Origin: Malacoraja senta
Lineage: Eukaryota
Direction: 5' to 3'
DNA: 64,000 nucleotides
NCBI GenBank assembly: GCA_038087875.1
Contig: CM075994.1
Span: forward strand, 5,582,001-5,646,000
A program made the position numbers and the translations under genes. Positions 26,535 through 64,000 of the stretch are shown here, in pieces. The notes under the pieces were generated by a model. That model saw only the letters and a list, made by a program, of their open reading frames with translations. It did no database searches and had not been told where the DNA came from. How positions within the stretch are numbered: position 1 is the stretch's first letter; each line of letters starts with the position of its first letter.

Positions 26535-27499
26535 CTGAATGACATAACAAGAAAATAATTATATGTATAATATGTACATTAATCCGTTTGCGCTGGTTGC
26601 GCACAATACTGACACACACGCACATTTACACAAACACACAAACACTTGCACGTGCATCGACAAAATAGTACACATTAGGCACCCCGTATCCGATATTATT
26701 TCCCACATGTAAACATTAATACATGGTTTATTAAATTTCGACGAAGCGACTCTCATAAAGCACATCAATTTGGTTCCAAGAAATGTAAATCCAGCTCCAA
26801 TGATTGTTATTAAATGCTCTCATGCCCGGTCTTTATAGTCCTCATGTTTGTCTTCCATTCCTTTTCAAGAACTCACAAACATCATCATAATTTAACTGTG
26901 CTCAATTCCAGTTTCGTCAAGACATTCAATTCCACGGCATGCACCAACATTTATCCATGGTATGGACAAATGAAATTATCTTCAGGATACAAATAAAATG
27001 AATTATCTCTTTTCTGGAAGTCTTGAGGAAGGGATGGGACAATATAGCATTACGTTGAGTGACGTGATTCTATGAAACTGTTCAGTATTTGAACTGAATC
27101 GCTTCACAAAGAACGTTGATATTTGATGATAGATTTCGTGAAAGAATGATCTCATGATGAATGTCCCCTTAAAAATTGAGGACTGCAGTTTCGTACATGC
27201 CATTAGTCAACCGGTATGTTGCTGCAATTCAGAAAGTGCGTATCCAAGCCACCACATAGGTAACCCTTAAATCACGACAGAAATCGATTTAGGTCTGAAG
27301 AATTGGTTCACATTGACAGTGATAGCGAAAACAAGGAATGCAGTATCTCTAATTGATTTTATCTTGTAGATAATAATCCGGAGACCAGACTTTTGGAAAA
27401 TTAGCAGTCAGTCAGTCTGTTTTAATGACTACACTAAAACACGCATTGACCGTCAAATTGGTAGCAACATTGTTCTCCGCGGTACAGTTGTACTTCTAC

Positions 27500-29620
27500 C
27501 TCTTCTTCTGTCGTGTGTCTTTTAGACCTGCAGATCCGTTGAGGCGAGCCAGGCCAACGTGTCATCGTCCAGTTCAATCAGACCTCGTTCACCATTCGGT
27601 GGCCGGTGTTTGGGGCAACTATTGACTGTGTGCTCCACTTTCTGTGTTTAGTCCCCACACTCGCAGGAGGCGCTGTGCACGAGGCCCCACCTCTTCATCG
27701 CTACTCCATAGCGTGCGATGCCTGTCCTCAAGCGGTTGAGGGTTGTCCACTGCTTTCGGGGCAGGTCCTGGCCAGGGACGTCCATGGGGTCATCGATGTA
27801 ATGGTGTAGCCTTGATGGTTCCGCTGACTTCCACAGGTCTCTCCATCTCGTCTTGACCCAGGCAGCCTTAGAATCGTCAGCCGGTGTTGTGCAGTGCAGC
27901 TCTTGGGCTTGCGTGGCAAAGGGGTGCCGTGATTTGAGGCGCACTCGTCGTGGTGTCTCTGTGATGATCTGATGGGAGAGGTGGGATTCACTGGTCTATG
28001 CCTTTCGAGAGAGGGCCTGCGTGGCTGCTTCTCGTCTGATGTTGGCTGGGGCGAGCGAGGACGGGCAGTTGGTTTACTGGGGTGGCTCGTAGGCATCCGG
28101 GGACAGTCCGCAGGGCGCTGTTGAGGGCAGCATCCAGCTTCTTGGCGTGAGGGCTACGGCACCAGACCGGGGCGCAGTACTCGGCGGCTGAGAACACCAG
28201 GGCCACTGTGGACATGAGCAGTGTCATCGTCGTGGCTCCCCATGTGGTGCCGGCTAGGCGGCGAATCAGCGCGGCACGGGCGCTTGTCTTTGCCTTGGCA
28301 CCTTCCAGGTGTTGTTTGAATTACAACGTTCTGTCGAGCTTCACACCGAGGTACGTGGGGACAGGCTGGGACCGTAACCGGGCGTTATCCACCATGACGT
28401 TCATCTCGTGGGACGCTTCCTGTTGTTTGAGGTGGAACATTGAAGATGTTGTCTTACACAGGCTGAGCTTGAGGCGCCAGTTCTTCAGGTATGAAGACAG
28501 GATGTTCATGTCTTCAGCGAGGCCCTCTTCTGCTGCTTCCCTGGATGGCTTACTAAGTAGGATGGCCAGGTCATCAGCATAACCATACTTCTTTGACTGG
28601 GTTGCAGGCAGGTCATGGATGTAGATATTGAACAGCATTGGTGCCAGCACTGTCCCCCGTTCTTACGTTTCCTCACCCTGCTGCATTTCCGTTGCTGGTG
28701 TGTAGCCTGAAGCTGCGGTTGCTCATCATCTCCATGATGAAGCTCACCATGCGCTTGTCTGGGATGGTTTCCAGAAGCTTCATGTATAGTCCACGCAGCC
28801 AGACAGCATCATATGCAGCTGTGAGGTCCAAGAAGACAACGCCAGCCTTCTCCCCTGCCTGGAAACTGTCCTCTATGTCTTGGCACAGGAGGGTCAACTG
28901 GTCCGCCGTTGACCTACCGCTTCGGAAGCCAGCCTGTTCTTTAGGCAGATGGGGGTCGATCACAGGATTGAGACGTGTGTGGAGGAGACGTTCCAGTAGC
29001 TTGTATGGAACACACAGCAGTGAGATGGGTCGGTGTCCCTTGGGGTCATCGCTAGGCTTGTTTGGCTTCGGCAGGGCGATCACCTTGGCACGGCGCCAGA
29101 TCTTTGGGCTGCTTCAGGCAGCGGAAACACGTGGAGAGGAATGAGCACAACCAGTCATTTGCCTTCTTGCCTTTGAGTTTTATGAATTTGCGGGTGGATG
29201 CCGTTGGTGCCTGGTGCCTTGCCGGTTTTCAGCCGTCGGATGGCCTGGTCGATTTCTTGTTTTGTGAAATCGTGGGATAGGTTGGAGTCGCAGCTCGGGG
29301 TCCTGTGCAGCTCGTGGACTCTCGCCGATGTTGTTCTGCTGAAGTCCTAGTCTGCGTTGGGGAAGCGCCCATTGCTCAGCAGTAGCGACACGATGGAATT
29401 TGCAGTGTTGGGACACTTTGCTCGGGTTGTCGACCTGCCCATCAGCTTATTCATGGTCTGCCTCGCCTGGAGGCTGGAGTGTGAGAAATAAATTGAGTCC
29501 ACTGTCTCCGTCCATCTTTGCCTGCGTTTCTCATTTACTCAGCAGATTAGTTAATTCGCTGCTTTGTCCCTGTCTTCGCTGGTTTGTGATTCTGTGTGGG
29601 GCGCGAAGTATGTCTTCACA
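27500..29620 (-). mobile_element. RTE-X/RTE-like LINE fragment
   Basis: RPISLLCVPYKLLERL, EQAGFRSGRS, DLTAAYD, YADDL and AAEYCAPVW motifs; short gaa-repeat tail. Confidence 0.8.
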
Positions 29621-30742
29621 TTCGTCATCAGTTATACAGTCAAGAGATATCAGCTCGAGATTTGAAAAATTGTCCATGGGAAACTGATAGCATCATGGCA
29701 AAATAAATCGACTCCATGTCAATGAACTACTCTTCTCGTACACGCGGCTGATAATTCATTCGACTTAAATGAGAACATGCTCAAAATGTGTGGTTATCCT
29801 TCACGATGTAATGATCTATATAATTCCTCCTCAAACAAATAAAGAATCAAGTAAATTTGAAAACAACAGAAGCATGTGAATGCATCTCTTTGTGGAACGA
29901 TCATATCAAGCCTTTGTCTTGCACACAGCTTTATGTGTCAATCCATTTCTAAAACTGTCATTTCTATCCTCCAGACTTTTCGAAAGCACTAGACTGAAAG
30001 AAGGGTCTAACCTTGCTGATTACGAAATTGCAAAGCAGTCCTAATCCACTGGAGAGATTATTGACAACTATAGCGTGTGCAAAAATACTGAAGGGGGTAA
30101 TGCCCGGTGGTTCAAAGAGGTTCCAAAGATATCTCCGCATGTGTCCGTGTGACCGTAAAATGTTCCACCATGGTAAGACCAAATCAAACATTTCATTTTA
30201 AAGTGACTTGCATTGAAACGGTTAATAAATGGGTGGCTGTCCGTAGATTCCGTCAGCTTGAAAATCCACCGGGCTGCAAAGAGTACCCACAGGCAGTGCT
30301 GATTTCGTGTTCTAGCTTTATTTTCGGATGTCCATATTTTGTCTTGGCTCTTTTGTGAAGTCTTCGGATAATTTAATTAAATCATATTGATCAAGAAGGA
30401 TATTAGAGTAGGGTAGATATCTAGTTGATGTAACAAAGATGTGGGTCCCAGGCGCAGTAACGCTCGAATGAAAAAAAAGCCTCTAAATTCTCTTTAGTAA
30501 AATGTAAAACTCACAAAATTCTCTAAATGTAAAACTCTACGCATATTAGAGAGAGGTTATCGACCAGGCCAATGTGACCACGATCCAGTTATTTGCCATG
30601 ACCGATATAATGTTGGAGATATTTCAATAAATCAATTAAAGATTACAGATTCGCGGTAAACTTGGTAACCGCCGCTTTATTTGTTTTACTACCGGAATCA
30701 ATACAACTTTGGTCCAAAGATCGATTGCCAACCACATTGCGG

Positions 30743-30942
30743 NNNNNNNNNNNNNNNNNNNNNNNNNNNNNNNNNNNNNNNNNNNNNNNNNNNNNNNNNN
30801 NNNNNNNNNNNNNNNNNNNNNNNNNNNNNNNNNNNNNNNNNNNNNNNNNNNNNNNNNNNNNNNNNNNNNNNNNNNNNNNNNNNNNNNNNNNNNNNNNNNN
30901 NNNNNNNNNNNNNNNNNNNNNNNNNNNNNNNNNNNNNNNNNN
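30743..30942. other. Assembly gap (200 N)
   Basis: Run of N. Confidence 0.95.
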
Positions 30943-31332
30943 GTAAAGAAAATCGAGGGGACACTTGTAAAATTCGCAAAATTCGGTAAGTTACAGAAAA
31001 ATACGCAAACATTAGTTGAGTTTAACGATACAGCGCAGAAAAAGAACTTCGGTCCTCCGGGTCCACATCGACCAGCGATTCCAGCACACTAACACTACCC
31101 TACAAACACTAGGGACATTTTTTTATTTATTTACCAAGCAAACTTACCTTAATGCCTTTATGTAGAAAAACTTGGAGGAAACTCACGCAGGTCACGGGGA
31201 GCAGCTACAAACTCCGTTAGACGGCACCCATAGTCGTAATGAACCCGGGTCTCCGGAGTCGGTGCCGCCCGATTTAAAAATTGGCGGAACATTTGTAGTT
31301 TGATCAACGAGCATACATTTCACGTCAATAAC

Positions 31333-31673
31333 GACAGATGGCGCAATGGGCTAAGTGTTCGGCTGGCAACCGGAAGGTAGCGGGTTCGAATCCCGCTTGG
31401 AGTGCATACTGTCGTTCTGTCCTTGGGCAAGACACTTCACCCACCTTTGCCTGCGTGTGAGTGTGTGTGATTGTGTGTGTGTGATTGGTGGTGGTCGGAG
31501 GGGCCGTAGGCGCAGATTAGCAGCCACGCTTCCGTCAGTCTGCCCCAGAGCAGCTGTGGCTACAGAAGTAGCTCACCACCACCGAGTGTGACTGAGGAGT
31601 GAATGAATAATGCGATGTAAAGCGCCTTGAGTATTAGAAAGGCGCTATATAAATCCCATCCATTATTATTATT
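31333..31673 (+). mobile_element. tRNA-derived SINE with L2-type 3' stem-loop
   Basis: A box tggcgcaatggg, B box ggttcgaatccc, tail aagcgccttgagtattagaaaggcgctatataaat..(att)n; TSD aataac. Confidence 0.8.
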
Positions 31674-32358
31674 AATAACATAGACGCAGTACCAGCTGTC
31701 CAACATCCTGAAACAATTATTCCATATTTCCATACGGACATTGGCGAACCTGCTGCATGCTCTCAACACAGCTCCAATTTGGGTTTTCTCGCATCTGCGA
31801 CACTGTGGAACAGCGGGAAAGAACCGGGTTCGATGCTGACTACGGGTGCTTTTTATATGGAGTTTGTGCTTTCTCCCTGAGACTGTGGGGGATTTCTCAG
31901 TGTGTTCCTGTTTCCACCCACATTTCAAAGACGTAAATGTTTGCAGGTTGTAGAAACAAAGAACCGCAGATGGTGGTTTATATCAAATATAGACAGAAAG
32001 TGGTGGAACTACTCAGCGGGTCTGGAAGCATCTTTGGAGTAAAAATGATAAGTAACATGTCGGGTCTGGATCCTTCTTCAGACGTTCTTCAGAAGAAGTT
32101 TCCCGACCGGAAACGTCATCTTTCCTTTTTCTCCAGAGCTGCTACCCGACCCGCTGAGTTACTCTAAAGTAAAAGAAGATCGTGCCGCCATCTCGCGTCC
32201 ATCACATTCCATTCTTCCGTGGCACAGTACCAATTAAAAATGAACGCGGCACAGCCTTGAAACTAAATTGTGTCATAGTTTCATATTCTGGCTTTAGTTC
32301 ACAATATACTGTACATAAATTCATTAGACTTGTCTGTAACCTATGTATTTCCAATTAG

Positions 32359-63441
<31,083 letters not shown>

Positions 63442-64000
63442 GTAAGGAAATTACTGTCTAATGTCGCTGACTGCAAATTAAATACCTATTGATGTGCCGG
63501 AATTTGTCTCCTATCGGCGTCATTGTTGCAGCAGCCTGCCTGCTGAGAAATAATCTTCTGGTCAGGCATCAACAATCTTGATATTGGTGGGTGAGGAAAT
63601 GTCTATTTCCAGGTTGTGCATTTCAAACTGGAAGTCATGTAGAACAGTCAATTTACAGTTCTGGCGAAAATAATTCGAAATAAATGCATGTGCGGTTATA
63701 TCATGTTCAATAATCAGGGTCTACACTGAAAGCAGTTCGATAGATTTATTTTTCCTTCAAGTCCGTATTCACACGCAATAAAGTGTGTTTGAATGCAATA
63801 GCGAGGGAGGACATAGGAATTCGTTTCGAGGCTACTTTGTGACAGAAAAAGGTTTCCTTAAAATATTTTTGCATTATTCTTTTAATATAATTGGCCATCT
63901 TCAATGGATTATAGATTAGTTTTCAAGGATTTGACCGGGGATGTCAGAGGCTGATCAATATTCGTGTATATTCATACGATTCAGCAATGTATCCCTCTAC

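Noticed and set aside
27233..27259. Plus-strand 27-nt phase-1 candidate (xSAYPSHHI)
   Set aside because: Peptide is not coiled-coil-like and it sits about 700 bp from a minus-strand exon; may be background.
30662..31092. ORFs spanning the N runs (also 58033-58365)
   Set aside because: Artefacts of translating through gaps.
31335..31400. tRNA gene
   Set aside because: The A/B boxes are the head of a SINE with an L2-type tail and TSD.

Overview
Eukaryotic, repeat-rich vertebrate DNA, most likely a cartilaginous fish such as a skate or ray (inferred from the CR1, V-SINE-type and Penelope-type repeat landscape), with two 200-N gaps (30743-30942, 58101-58300). Most long ORFs in the track belong to transposons: several CR1 LINEs, a full-length L1 nested in a CR1 with a 16-bp TSD, an RTE-X-like LINE, a Rex1/Babar-like LINE, a decayed Ty3/Gypsy provirus, a non-autonomous LTR element, SINEs and MITE-like elements. 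The main signal is invisible to the ORF track. Two divergently oriented arrays of symmetric phase-1 micro-exons, mostly 27 or 36 nt, run on the minus strand at about 4.8-26.5 kb and on the plus strand at about 32.4-63.4 kb. Each array splices without stops into an E/K/L/R-rich, coiled-coil-like peptide. One exon is paralogous between the arrays, with mostly synonymous differences. The architecture resembles the heptad-exon cytoplasmic tails of butyrophilin and avian BG genes, and weak decayed IgV-like and B30.2-like remnants lie nearby. That family assignment is inference; no database search was possible.
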